Below, one piece after another: positions 1 through 8,403 of a DNA stretch of 64,000 nucleotides (positions within the stretch are counted from its first letter, which is position 1; each line of letters opens with the position of its first letter). The DNA comes from Allosphingosinicella sp. (GTDB lineage: Bacteria; Pseudomonadota; Alphaproteobacteria; Sphingomonadales; Sphingomonadaceae): positions 207,254-271,253 of the forward strand of contig NZ_JBKBMQ010000001.1 of assembly GCF_046295735.1 (NCBI RefSeq), read 5' to 3'. Below the pieces are notes generated by a model. It worked only from the letters and a program-made list of their open reading frames with translations, made no database searches and was not told where the DNA came from. Made by a program: the position numbers and the translations under genes.

Positions 1-746
1 TCAACCAGGTTCGGTCGGCCGGCAATTTCGGCGGCGGCCGTAAAGATGTCGGCGATCCGTTCGGCGCGGCCGGTGCCGGTATTGACCGCGCCGGTGAGGT
101 CCGAAAGCGCGATTCGCGCGACCTGCCCGGCAAGGTCGTCGACATGGATATAGTCGCGGCGCAGACCGCCGAAGCGGGCGCCGACCCGCTCTCCCTTGGC
201 CAGACCGGCAAGGATCGAGGGCACGAGCCGGCCCGCCCGGTCTCCCGGGCCGTAGACGAAGAAGATTCGCGCCCAAGCGAAGTCACCTCCGGCCTCGGCG
301 AGCCGTTCGTACAGCGCTGTCTTGCAGCGCGCGTAAAGCGTCTCGGGCCGGAGCGGCGTCAGCGCCTCTGAAAAGCGTCCACCGTCGGCGTCCTGATCAT
401 ATTCGAGACAGGTGCCGAGGCCGACGAAGCGCGTCCCGCCGCCCTCCCTGAAGCCCGCCGCCAGCCTGAGGCTCGCGTCCCGCCAGGCGTGGTTGATGTC
501 GGAAACAAGATAGTCGGCATGGTTGGTGTACCAGGCGGCATGGATGCAGTGGGTGACGCCGGTCTCCTGCGTCAGCCGGGCGACGTCCGCCACGCCGGCT
601 TCCAAGAGATCGAACTGCCGGAACTCCCCCGGGCCCTGCCGCCCCGATCCCGACAGGCAGACCGGATCGTGCCCGTCGGCGCGCAGGCGGCGGACCAGCG
701 CGGCGCCGATGAACCCCCCGGCCCCGGTGACCAGGATCTGCGCCAT
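1..746 (-). CDS. NAD-dependent epimerase/dehydratase (probable NDP-4-keto-6-deoxyhexose reductase), 3' end outside window
   Basis: Translated by hand (absent from ORF track, no stop in window): MAQILVTGAGGFIG Rossmann motif, HAAW, GTCLEY, YARCK (YxxxK), RDYIHVDD. ATG overlaps the upstream TGA (TGATG). Confidence 0.85.
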   Translation of the reverse strand, partial: MAQILVTGAGGFIGAALVRRLRADGHDPVCLSGSGRQGPGEFRQFDLLEAGVADVARLTQETGVTHCIHAAWYTNHADYLVSDINHAWRDASLRLAAGFREGGGTRFVGLGTCLEYDQDADGGRFSEALTPLRPETLYARCKTALYERLAEAGGDFAWARIFFVYGPGDRAGRLVPSILAGLAKGERVGARFGGLRRDYIHVDDLAGQVARIALSDLTGAVNTGTGRAERIADIFTAAAEIAGRPNLV

Positions 747-1975
747 CAGATCACCGCGAGTTCGGGCACCGCCACGACGAACTTCGCACCCCATTCGCGG
801 GCATGGCCGAGCTGTTCCACGACCTCGTCCCGGATGTTCCAGGGGAAGATGACGATGAAGTCGGGCCGCGTCTCGTCGATCGCCTCGGGCGCCAGCACCG
901 GTATGTGGCTGCCCGGGAGGTACTTGCCCTGCTTGTGCGGCGACAGGTCCGCCACGAAACGAACGAGTTCGTTGCCCTTGACGCCGCTATAGTTGAGCAA
1001 GGTGTTGCCCTTGGCGGCGGCGCCATAGCCGACCACCGTCTTGCCGGCCTTGCGCTGCTCCAGCAGGAAGGCGAGGAAATCGGCGCGGATCGTCTCGATG
1101 CGGCGCTGGAAGCTCTCGTAGACCTCGCGGCCGGTGAGGCCGGCAGCCCGCTCTTCTTCGAGCAGCGAGCGGACCGCGTCGGACACCGGCCGTGCGTCGT
1201 CTTCATGGGTGCCGAACACCCGCAGCGAGCCGCCATGCGTGGTCAGCCGCTCGACGTCGAAGATCTTGAGCCCCTGCGCCGCGAAGATCGCCTGGGTGGC
1301 GGTCAGCGACAGGTAGGAGAAATGCTCGTGATAGATGGTGTCGAACTGCGCCTCTTCGATGAGTTTCAGAAGGTGCGGGAATTCGAGCGAGATGACTCCG
1401 CCCGGCGCGAGCGCCGCCTTGAGGCCGGCGGTGAAGTCGTTGATGTCGGGCACGTGCGCGTAGACGTTGTTGCCGCAGATGAGATCGCCGAGCCGGCCCT
1501 TCCCCGCCAGTTCCTCGCGCGCCAGCCGCTCGCCGAAAAAATCGACGATCGTGTCGATCCCCTTGTCCATCGCCACCGCCGCGGTGTTCGCGGTCGGCTC
1601 GACGCCGAGCACGGGGACGCCGGCCTGCTTGAAATATTGCAGCAGATAGCCGTCGTTGGACGCGATCTCGATCACCTGCGAGCGGGGGCCGAGGCCGAAC
1701 CGTTCGACCGCCGCCTCGGCGAAGCGCCGGCAATGGGCGAGCCACGAGGAGGAGTAAGACGAGAAATAGGTATATTCGGCGCTGAAGATGTCTTCCGCCT
1801 TCTTGTGCTCGTCCACCTGGGCGAGGAAACAGCGGTCGCACACTTCGACCACCAGCGGATAATAGACTTCCGGCTCGTGGAGCATGGCCGGCGTCAGCAT
1901 CGAGTTGGACGGCGGGCAGTTCTGGAGATCGGCGAAGGGAATGAAGCTGTCATTCCCGCAATGGCGGCACTTCAT
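746..1975 (-). CDS. NDP-hexose 3-C-methyltransferase (class I SAM-dependent, Zn-binding N-terminus)
   Basis: CRHC...CDRC Zn site, EIASNDGYLL, YHEHFSY, HGGSLR, GYGAAAKGNTLLNY are typical of TylC3/TcaB9-type sugar C-methyltransferases. Start taken at MKCRHC. Confidence 0.88.
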   Translation of the reverse strand: MKCRHCGNDSFIPFADLQNCPPSNSMLTPAMLHEPEVYYPLVVEVCDRCFLAQVDEHKKAEDIFSAEYTYFSSYSSSWLAHCRRFAEAAVERFGLGPRSQVIEIASNDGYLLQYFKQAGVPVLGVEPTANTAAVAMDKGIDTIVDFFGERLAREELAGKGRLGDLICGNNVYAHVPDINDFTAGLKAALAPGGVISLEFPHLLKLIEEAQFDTIYHEHFSYLSLTATQAIFAAQGLKIFDVERLTTHGGSLRVFGTHEDDARPVSDAVRSLLEEERAAGLTGREVYESFQRRIETIRADFLAFLLEQRKAGKTVVGYGAAAKGNTLLNYSGVKGNELVRFVADLSPHKQGKYLPGSHIPVLAPEAIDETRPDFIVIFPWNIRDEVVEQLGHAREWGAKFVVAVPELAVI

Positions 1976-2517
1976 GCGGTCAAGCCTTCGAATGCGTCGT
2001 CGACGAGCGGGAAGGAACGGTCCCGCTCCGACAGGTTGGAGGGAGGCAGCGGCCAGCGGATCCCGATCGCGGGATCGTCGTGGCGCACGCCGCCTTCGGC
2101 TTCGGGCGTGTAATATTCGCTGTGCAGATAGACGAGGTGGGCCTCGTCGGTCAGGGTCTGGAACCCGTGCGCGCAGCCCTTGGGGATGTGAAAGGCGACG
2201 CCTTCGTCCAGCTCGAGCGCCGCCCATTGCAGGTAGGTCGGCGAGCCGGCGCGCAGATCGACGGCGACGTCGAACACCCGGCCATAGGTGCAGCTGACCA
2301 GCTTGTCCTCGGCATGGGGCGCGCGCTGAAAGTGGAGCCCGCGCACCGATCCGCGCCCGAGCGTGATCGAATGATTGACCTGGGCCACGCCGGTCATCAG
2401 CCCCGCCTCCGCGAAGGCGCGCGCGCAGAAATGCCGCTTGAAGCGGCCCCGGCTGTCGGAGCGCACCTGCAGGCGGATTTCGGCGAGGCCCGCGATGGCG
2501 GTGGCGACGATCTCCAT
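1972..2517 (-). CDS. rfbC: NDP-4-keto-6-deoxyglucose 3,5-epimerase (RmlC/RfbC cupin)
   Basis: DSRGRF, VRGLHFQ, KLVSC, DVAVDLR, GCAHGFQTL, DPAIGIRWP, LSERD motifs; ATGA coupling to next gene. Confidence 0.9.
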   Translation of the reverse strand: MEIVATAIAGLAEIRLQVRSDSRGRFKRHFCARAFAEAGLMTGVAQVNHSITLGRGSVRGLHFQRAPHAEDKLVSCTYGRVFDVAVDLRAGSPTYLQWAALELDEGVAFHIPKGCAHGFQTLTDEAHLVYLHSEYYTPEAEGGVRHDDPAIGIRWPLPPSNLSERDRSFPLVDDAFEGLTA

Positions 2518-2521
2518 CGGC

Positions 2522-3586
2522 TCAGCCCGCGCGGTCGAGAGCGGCTTGGTAGTCGTCCAGCTGTTCGTCCGACAGCAGCCGACCGCCTTCGTAGAAGGCG
2601 CGATACCAGTCGAGCGTCCGCTCGAGCATCTCGCCTTCCCAGACCGGCCGCCAGCCGAGGCGGTTCGCCGCCTTGGACGAATCGAGCTCCAGCAGCCCGG
2701 ATTCGTGCCGGCCCGCGGTCTCGGGCGCATAGTCGACGCGAAGGCCGGGCAAGCGCTCCTTCAGCAGCTCGACGATCTCGCCGACGCGGACCCGGCGCTG
2801 CGCCAGCGGCCCGAAATTCCATCCGCCCTCGATGTCGCCGCCGTCGAGCGTGCGCGCGCCGACCAGCAGATAGCCGGCCAAGGGATCGAGCACATGCTGC
2901 CAGGGCCGGGTCGAGTTCGGGTTGCGGATGCTGAGCGTCTCACCGCCATAGGCCGCGCGGATGATGTCGGGGATCAGCCGATCCTCCGCCCAGTCGCCGC
3001 CGCCGATGACATTGCCGGCGCGAACGCTGGCGATCCGGGTCTCCCCGCTTCCGCCGAAGGAGCGGAGCCAGGACTCTGTCATGATCTCCACGCAGGACTT
3101 GGACGCGCTGTAGGGATCGGCGCCGCCCAGCTCGTCGGTCTCGCGATAGCCCCAGTCCCACTCCTTGTTGCGATAGACCTTGTCGGTGGTGGCGGAGACG
3201 ATCGCCTGAACCCCGCCCGCGGCACGGCACGCCTCGAACAGGGTCAGCGACCCGATCAGATTGGTGCGGTAGGTCGCGACCGGATCGGTGTATGAGCGCC
3301 GCACCAGCGACTGGGCGGCGAGATGGAAGACGATGTCCGGCCTCGCTTCGGCCACCGCGCCTGCGACCGCGTCGGCATCCGCGATGTCCCCGAACAGCGT
3401 GCGATAGGGGAGGCCAAGGCGCTCGAAGTGGCTCGGCTCGGTCTGCACCGCGTCGGAGAAGCCGGTGACCTCGGCGCCCAGCCGGCTCAGCCACAGCGCC
3501 AGCCAAGAGCCCTTGAAGCCGGTATTGCCGGTGACGAGGACACGCTTGCCGGCATAAGCGGCGCGCAGCCGTTCGGACGCGCTCAC
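2522..3586 (-). CDS. rfbG: CDP-glucose 4,6-dehydratase
   Basis: RVLVTGNTGFKGSWL, HLAAQSLVRRSY, TTDKVY, DPYSASK, RAGNVIGGGDW, RPWQHVLDPL; GTG start overlaps rfbF stop (GTGA). Confidence 0.93.
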   Translation of the reverse strand: MSASERLRAAYAGKRVLVTGNTGFKGSWLALWLSRLGAEVTGFSDAVQTEPSHFERLGLPYRTLFGDIADADAVAGAVAEARPDIVFHLAAQSLVRRSYTDPVATYRTNLIGSLTLFEACRAAGGVQAIVSATTDKVYRNKEWDWGYRETDELGGADPYSASKSCVEIMTESWLRSFGGSGETRIASVRAGNVIGGGDWAEDRLIPDIIRAAYGGETLSIRNPNSTRPWQHVLDPLAGYLLVGARTLDGGDIEGGWNFGPLAQRRVRVGEIVELLKERLPGLRVDYAPETAGRHESGLLELDSSKAANRLGWRPVWEGEMLERTLDWYRAFYEGGRLLSDEQLDDYQAALDRAG

Positions 3587-4383
3587 CACATCTTCCACTT
3601 GGCGGTGCCGTTGTTCCACATGTCGTTGAGCTGCTTGAACTCGCGCATCGTGTCCATCGGCTCCCAGAAGCCGCCGTGATGGAAGGCGGCGAGCTCGCCT
3701 TGGGCGACCAGATCGTCCATCGGCTGGCGTTCCAGCATCACGTCGCCATGGCGTTCGGCGATGTCCATGAACTCCCGCTTGAAGACGAAGAAGCCGCCGT
3801 TGATCGTGCCGCCGCCGGCGTCCTGCTTCTCCGCGAAGGCGGTGACGTCGCCGCCCGCATTCACTTCGATGTCGCCGAAGCGGCTGGACGGCTTCACGGC
3901 GGTGACGGTGCCGATCCGGTCCTTCTCGATCGCGAAACGGGCCAGCGCGTCGATGTCGATATCGGCGACGCCGTCGCCATAGGTGACCATGAAGTGATCG
4001 GTGGTCACATATTTGCGGCACAGCGCGATGCGGCGACCGGTTTGGGTCTTGGCACCGGTCTCGGCGAAGGTGATCCGCCAGTCGTTGCTTTCGGGCCGAC
4101 TGTGGACGTTGATCTCGACGTCGTTGCCGCGCGTCACCAGCTCGAAATCGCAGTCCATCAGCCGGTGATTGAGGAAGTAGCTCTTGATCTCCCAGCCGAG
4201 GTGGCCGAGCGCGAGGATGAAGTTGCGATAGCCGAAATGGGAATAGATTTTCATGATGTGCCACAGGATCGGCTTGTCGCCGATCCTGATGAGCGGCTTG
4301 GGAACCGCGTCGCGCGAAACGTCGGCGATGCGCGTCCCTTCTCCCCCGCACAGGATGATGACGGGCGTGTCTTTGGGCAACAT
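3583..4383 (-). CDS. rfbF: Glucose-1-phosphate cytidylyltransferase
   Basis: VIILCGGEGTR, PKPLIRIGDKPILWHIMKIYSHFG, TGRR, TYGDGVAD, INGGFFV, FWEPMDT. Confidence 0.92.
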   Translation of the reverse strand: MLPKDTPVIILCGGEGTRIADVSRDAVPKPLIRIGDKPILWHIMKIYSHFGYRNFILALGHLGWEIKSYFLNHRLMDCDFELVTRGNDVEINVHSRPESNDWRITFAETGAKTQTGRRIALCRKYVTTDHFMVTYGDGVADIDIDALARFAIEKDRIGTVTAVKPSSRFGDIEVNAGGDVTAFAEKQDAGGGTINGGFFVFKREFMDIAERHGDVMLERQPMDDLVAQGELAAFHHGGFWEPMDTMREFKQLNDMWNNGTAKWKMW

Positions 4384-4498
4384 GGATGATCTCGGAGCTG
4401 CGGCGGTTGAAAAAGCGGATTTCCCGCGCGGGCCTCGCGCGTGACTGCGGCCGTTTAGGCTGTGCGCGGCAGGCATGCAACCCGTTCCAATCGCGTCG

Positions 4499-5701
4499 TC
4501 AGGAGACTTCGCGAAGCGCCTGCGCGAAGGTGGCGACGGTGCTGTCGAACGAGAAGTGATCGGTCCCGACCCGTCTTGCGGCCGTCCTCATCCGCTCCCG
4601 CGCGGGAAGGACGTCGCGCACGATCCACGTCGCGGCCGCTTCCAGGCCCTGCTCCTCGCTGAAGAACACGCCCCCGGCGATGGCGGGCGCGGTATCACCC
4701 ACCGCCTGCGTTCCGACGATGGGAACGCCGCAGAGGAGATATTCGGACAGCTTGATCGGCGCCACCGTGGTCATCGAGAAGCTGGGCTGGATGAACATCG
4801 TGCCGACGTCGCACGCCGCTAGGTGAAGCGGGACCTCGGCCGCATCAACCCGGGCGAACAGCGATTTCTGCACAAGCTCCGCATCCGCGCCGCAAATCTG
4901 GGTGCGTGCGGCCTCCGGGGATCCGCTCAGGACCAGGAGCCGCGTGTCGGGCCGCAGCCGGAGCATGTGCCGCATCAGCTCGCCGACGCGATCCACCCTG
5001 TATTTGCCGCCGACCGACCCGAGATAGACCAGCAGCGGAACCTCCTCCGCGATTCCGAATTTCCGCCGCAACCGGTGCCGCTCGGCCTCGGAGAAAGGCT
5101 GGTAGAGGGCGGGGTCGCGGCCGTTGGGTGCGACGAAGAAAGGCGGCGCGTCGGCGCGTGGGCCGGCGCGGTCTTCGAGGATCGGGATTGCCGCCGGCGC
5201 GCGGACGAGGACCGCGCGCGAGCGCCGGACCGCTTCCGCTTCGACGGCCCTCAACACGCGGTAAATAGGGCTTCGGGGCGACAGCCCGCCAAACTCCACG
5301 CGCTCGTCGGCTTCAAGGCCGTCGGCGTCGAAGACCACCGGCCGGGAGCGCCAGGCCCGCGCCGCCAGCATGCTGAGCGCCGGAAGGAGGCTGCGCGGCA
5401 TGACGATGTCGCTGCCGAAATCCCGGAACGCCGCCCGGACTTCGCGGCCGCCCAGCAAGGCGGAGAGGAACGGGCCGACGGCGGGCGGCCACCGCCTGAT
5501 GCCGACAGACCGGTAGCCGATCCCCACCGCTTCGCACCGGCTCTGAAGCGCCGCCGCGGCACCGGCGTCGCCCCAGCGGAATTGGAGGACGTCGAAACGA
5601 TAGCCGTGGCCGCGGAGTGCCCCGAAGATCGGGAGATAGAGGCTTTCGAGGTAGCTGACCTGCGGCCCGTCCCACGTCACGAACAAAACGCGCCGCTGCA
5701 C
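4499..5701 (-). CDS. Glycosyltransferase family 4 (GT-B)
   Basis: DADGLEADE, PNGRD, YLGS, PIKLSEYLLCGVPIV (EX7E-like region). GTG start chosen behind a GGAGG RBS; start uncertain. Confidence 0.8.
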   Translation of the reverse strand: MQRRVLFVTWDGPQVSYLESLYLPIFGALRGHGYRFDVLQFRWGDAGAAAALQSRCEAVGIGYRSVGIRRWPPAVGPFLSALLGGREVRAAFRDFGSDIVMPRSLLPALSMLAARAWRSRPVVFDADGLEADERVEFGGLSPRSPIYRVLRAVEAEAVRRSRAVLVRAPAAIPILEDRAGPRADAPPFFVAPNGRDPALYQPFSEAERHRLRRKFGIAEEVPLLVYLGSVGGKYRVDRVGELMRHMLRLRPDTRLLVLSGSPEAARTQICGADAELVQKSLFARVDAAEVPLHLAACDVGTMFIQPSFSMTTVAPIKLSEYLLCGVPIVGTQAVGDTAPAIAGGVFFSEEQGLEAAATWIVRDVLPARERMRTAARRVGTDHFSFDSTVATFAQALREVS

Positions 5702-5795
5702 TCCCCATCCTCCATATTCTCGAACGATCGGCAGGAAAGCCGTCGCCGCGCTACGCACCGGCCGAAAGCGGCCACCCTATTTCCGACCGGTGCCC

Positions 5796-7187
5796 TCAGA
5801 CGGCCTCGACATGCTTCAGCTTCTCTCCGCCCGAACGGCTCCTGGACGATCGACGCGCCGGCGGCGCGGGCGGCGGGACGAGCAGCGCGCACGCCACCGC
5901 GAACAGCGCGGCGATCGCCGACGTGCGGATCGGGTAGTCCACCACGCTGTGGAGAAGGACCACGAAGATCACCACCGTCCCGGCGCGGGCGAGGTTGGCG
6001 CCCTCGCTGTCGCTTCGCCAAGCGCGCAGCGACATCATGATCCACCAGGCGAAGAAAGCGAGGATCAGCAGGATGCCGGGCAGGCCCAGTTCCAGCGCGA
6101 CCTCCACATAATCGTTATGGGCGTGGTTCACGAATTCGGAGACCACCCGGTCGGGATCGTCGAACGTCCTATAGACGTCGGCGAAGGAGCCGAGGCCGCT
6201 GCCCACCGGAAAATAGGCCGCGGCGGCTTCGAGGGTGGTCGCGGCCATCACCTTGCGGCTGGTCGGGTTGTCGTCCAGCTTGCCGGCCAGCGCCTGATTG
6301 TTGAGCGGCCCCGCGAACGCGACCCCCAAGAACAGGACGAACAGCACGCCGAAGGCGCCCACCCACTTGCGAGTGAGCCGGCCGAAGGCGGCGCGGCGGT
6401 AGACGAGCAGGGCCGCAAGCAGGACCGGCGCGAGCAGGCCATAGCCGGCCATCGATCCGACGATCCCGATCCCGACGATGAGGAACAGCCCGATGAAGAA
6501 GGCCATCGCGATGCCACCGCTCCGTTCCCCGCGATTGCTGCGCCGCGCCGCGGCGCGGGCGCCGAGATAGCCGGCGAACGGAAGCGCGGCGAGCAGCAGC
6601 GTCGCCTGGTGGTTCGCGTTGGCGAAGAAGCCGACCGGCGAATCCGAATTGGTGATTTCGTAGAAGCGCAGCGGAGAGCCCGGGCCGCCAAGGAGCTGCG
6701 CCGCGCCCAGCCCGATCGACACCGTGGCGATGCCGAGCACCACCCAGGGCAGACGCTGACGCTGCGAGACGCCCATCTGCAGCACCAGCAGGAACATCGC
6801 GGCCGGCGGCAGCAAACGCACGACCGATCCGATGCTGTCGCTCGGCGCAAGCGAGGCGGGCAGGCTCGCGCCGTCGATGCCCAGCAGGCCGAAGCCGTGG
6901 CTTATGCCGTCGCGCCCCGGCAGCGCCTGCCAGAGGCCGGCAGGCAGCGGGATCAGGGTGAGCAACACCAGCATCGCGAAGGCGCCGCCGATCGCCATCA
7001 GGGCGCGGGCCGAGCGCGGCACGGCGGGTCCGGGCATCCAGAGCGCTAGCAGGATGAGCAGGATCGCGAGGCCCTGGAGAATGCCGTTTGCGATCGCGCC
7101 CGCCCCGATGCCGCTCGCGCCGCCGAGCAGCAGGCACAAAGCGAGGTAGATGGCCGCGGCCCAGCCCCTGATCCGATCAGTTTTCAC
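5796..7187 (-). CDS. O-antigen ligase / Wzy_C family membrane protein
   Basis: About 11-12 TM segments, GFFANANHQA, GSGLGSF, HAHNDYVE motif, LLHSVVDYPIR. Confidence 0.85.
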   Translation of the reverse strand: MKTDRIRGWAAAIYLALCLLLGGASGIGAGAIANGILQGLAILLILLALWMPGPAVPRSARALMAIGGAFAMLVLLTLIPLPAGLWQALPGRDGISHGFGLLGIDGASLPASLAPSDSIGSVVRLLPPAAMFLLVLQMGVSQRQRLPWVVLGIATVSIGLGAAQLLGGPGSPLRFYEITNSDSPVGFFANANHQATLLLAALPFAGYLGARAAARRSNRGERSGGIAMAFFIGLFLIVGIGIVGSMAGYGLLAPVLLAALLVYRRAAFGRLTRKWVGAFGVLFVLFLGVAFAGPLNNQALAGKLDDNPTSRKVMAATTLEAAAAYFPVGSGLGSFADVYRTFDDPDRVVSEFVNHAHNDYVEVALELGLPGILLILAFFAWWIMMSLRAWRSDSEGANLARAGTVVIFVVLLHSVVDYPIRTSAIAALFAVACALLVPPPAPPARRSSRSRSGGEKLKHVEAV

Positions 7188-8403
7188 GCGCCACCTCGAG
7201 ATTTGCGAAGCGCGCATCGATGGTCGCGGCCACGTCGCCGGCTTCGCCGATCAACCGCAGGTCCTGCCCCGCGCAACCGACGGGCACTACGAACGACATC
7301 TGATGCCGCGCATAGCTGGGCGTGAGCTCGTTCAGCTTCAGCTGGCCGAGCGTGGCTCCGCCCGGCGCGCAGGAGACGTGCCAGATGAGGCTGCCGACGC
7401 GCACGCCGCCGTCGCTCATGCCATGGACGCTCAGCCGGTAGCGGCCGGGCGGCAGCGCCAGCAGCTGCTCCGCCAGCGGTACGGTGCGACCGCCGAAATA
7501 ATGAACGTCGAGATAGGGAGGCGCACCGTTCGGCTGAACCCGTTCCGAGCGGCCCACTTCGTCGTCGCGCAACTGCCAGGCGAAGGGCGGCGGCGCGTCA
7601 TGCCCCCTGAAGCCGCCGTCGAACAGAAGAGCGCTGGCCGCGCGGCCAGCGGGCGGCAGCATCGCCAGCCACTGTTCGCGCGCACCCGAATAATCCCGGG
7701 CCGCGATCAGCGCCTGCATGTGAAGCCCGCGTTCCAGGCCGACGTCGGAGCGCCGCGCCTGGATCCGCCGCAGCAGATCGCCGGTATGTTCCGGCCGGAG
7801 ATCGAGCCGGGCCGCCGCGGCGAAGAAGTCGCCCCGCCAGGCGCGGTCCTCTGACACCACCGCTGCGAGCGCGGCCCGGCCGTCGGCGTCGCGGATCAGC
7901 TTGGCGAGTTCGGGGAGCACGACCTGCCGGACTTCATCGCTCATCCGCAGCGTGTAATCCATTTCGGAGAGAAGCTCCGGAAACCGCCGGGCCTTTTCGT
8001 AAGCGGCCATCAGCTGGAGACGAACGAGCACGGAATTGGGCTGCCGCCGCCGGGCTTCCTCGAGCAGGCGGATGGCGTCGTCGATTTGCCCCTGCTGCCG
8101 GGCCGTCGCCGCGGCGATGGCGAACGGCTCGTAGGCGAGCGGCGCGCGCTTCGCTCCGTCGCGCGCCAGTTCCGCCATCTCGCCGGTGATGCGCTGGCGT
8201 GGATCGGAAGCGAGCATGAGCAGCGGCCGGAGGAGAGGCCGGTAATCGGAGGGCGGCAGGGCCGCGACGGCGGGTGACTGAAGCTCCGCCACGGCCGTGC
8301 GAACCGCGAGATAGCCGGCCGGCAGCGCGAGCAAGGTCGCCGCCACCGCCGCCCAGCGTCCGGTTCCCGACCGGCGCCCCCCCTGACGCGCCCCACCCGT
8401 CAC
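7177..8403 (-). CDS. Membrane-anchored TPR-like protein with beta-rich C-terminal domain (polysaccharide-locus associated)
   Basis: N-terminal TM, helical repeats (AIRLLEEARRRQPNS), C-terminal LFDGGF...LALPPGRYRL; overlaps both neighbours' ends in the operon. Confidence 0.7.
   Translation of the reverse strand: MTGGARQGGRRSGTGRWAAVAATLLALPAGYLAVRTAVAELQSPAVAALPPSDYRPLLRPLLMLASDPRQRITGEMAELARDGAKRAPLAYEPFAIAAATARQQGQIDDAIRLLEEARRRQPNSVLVRLQLMAAYEKARRFPELLSEMDYTLRMSDEVRQVVLPELAKLIRDADGRAALAAVVSEDRAWRGDFFAAAARLDLRPEHTGDLLRRIQARRSDVGLERGLHMQALIAARDYSGAREQWLAMLPPAGRAASALLFDGGFRGHDAPPPFAWQLRDDEVGRSERVQPNGAPPYLDVHYFGGRTVPLAEQLLALPPGRYRLSVHGMSDGGVRVGSLIWHVSCAPGGATLGQLKLNELTPSYARHQMSFVVPVGCAGQDLRLIGEAGDVAATIDARFANLEVAREN

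Noticed and set aside
803-2113. Long antisense or alternate-frame ORFs (also 4823-6040, 13459-15444, 17894-19501, 33082-34830, 40540-42819, 52402-54408 and many more)
   Set aside because: Shadow ORFs from high GC and codon bias; each overlaps a gene with clear family motifs and has no motifs itself.
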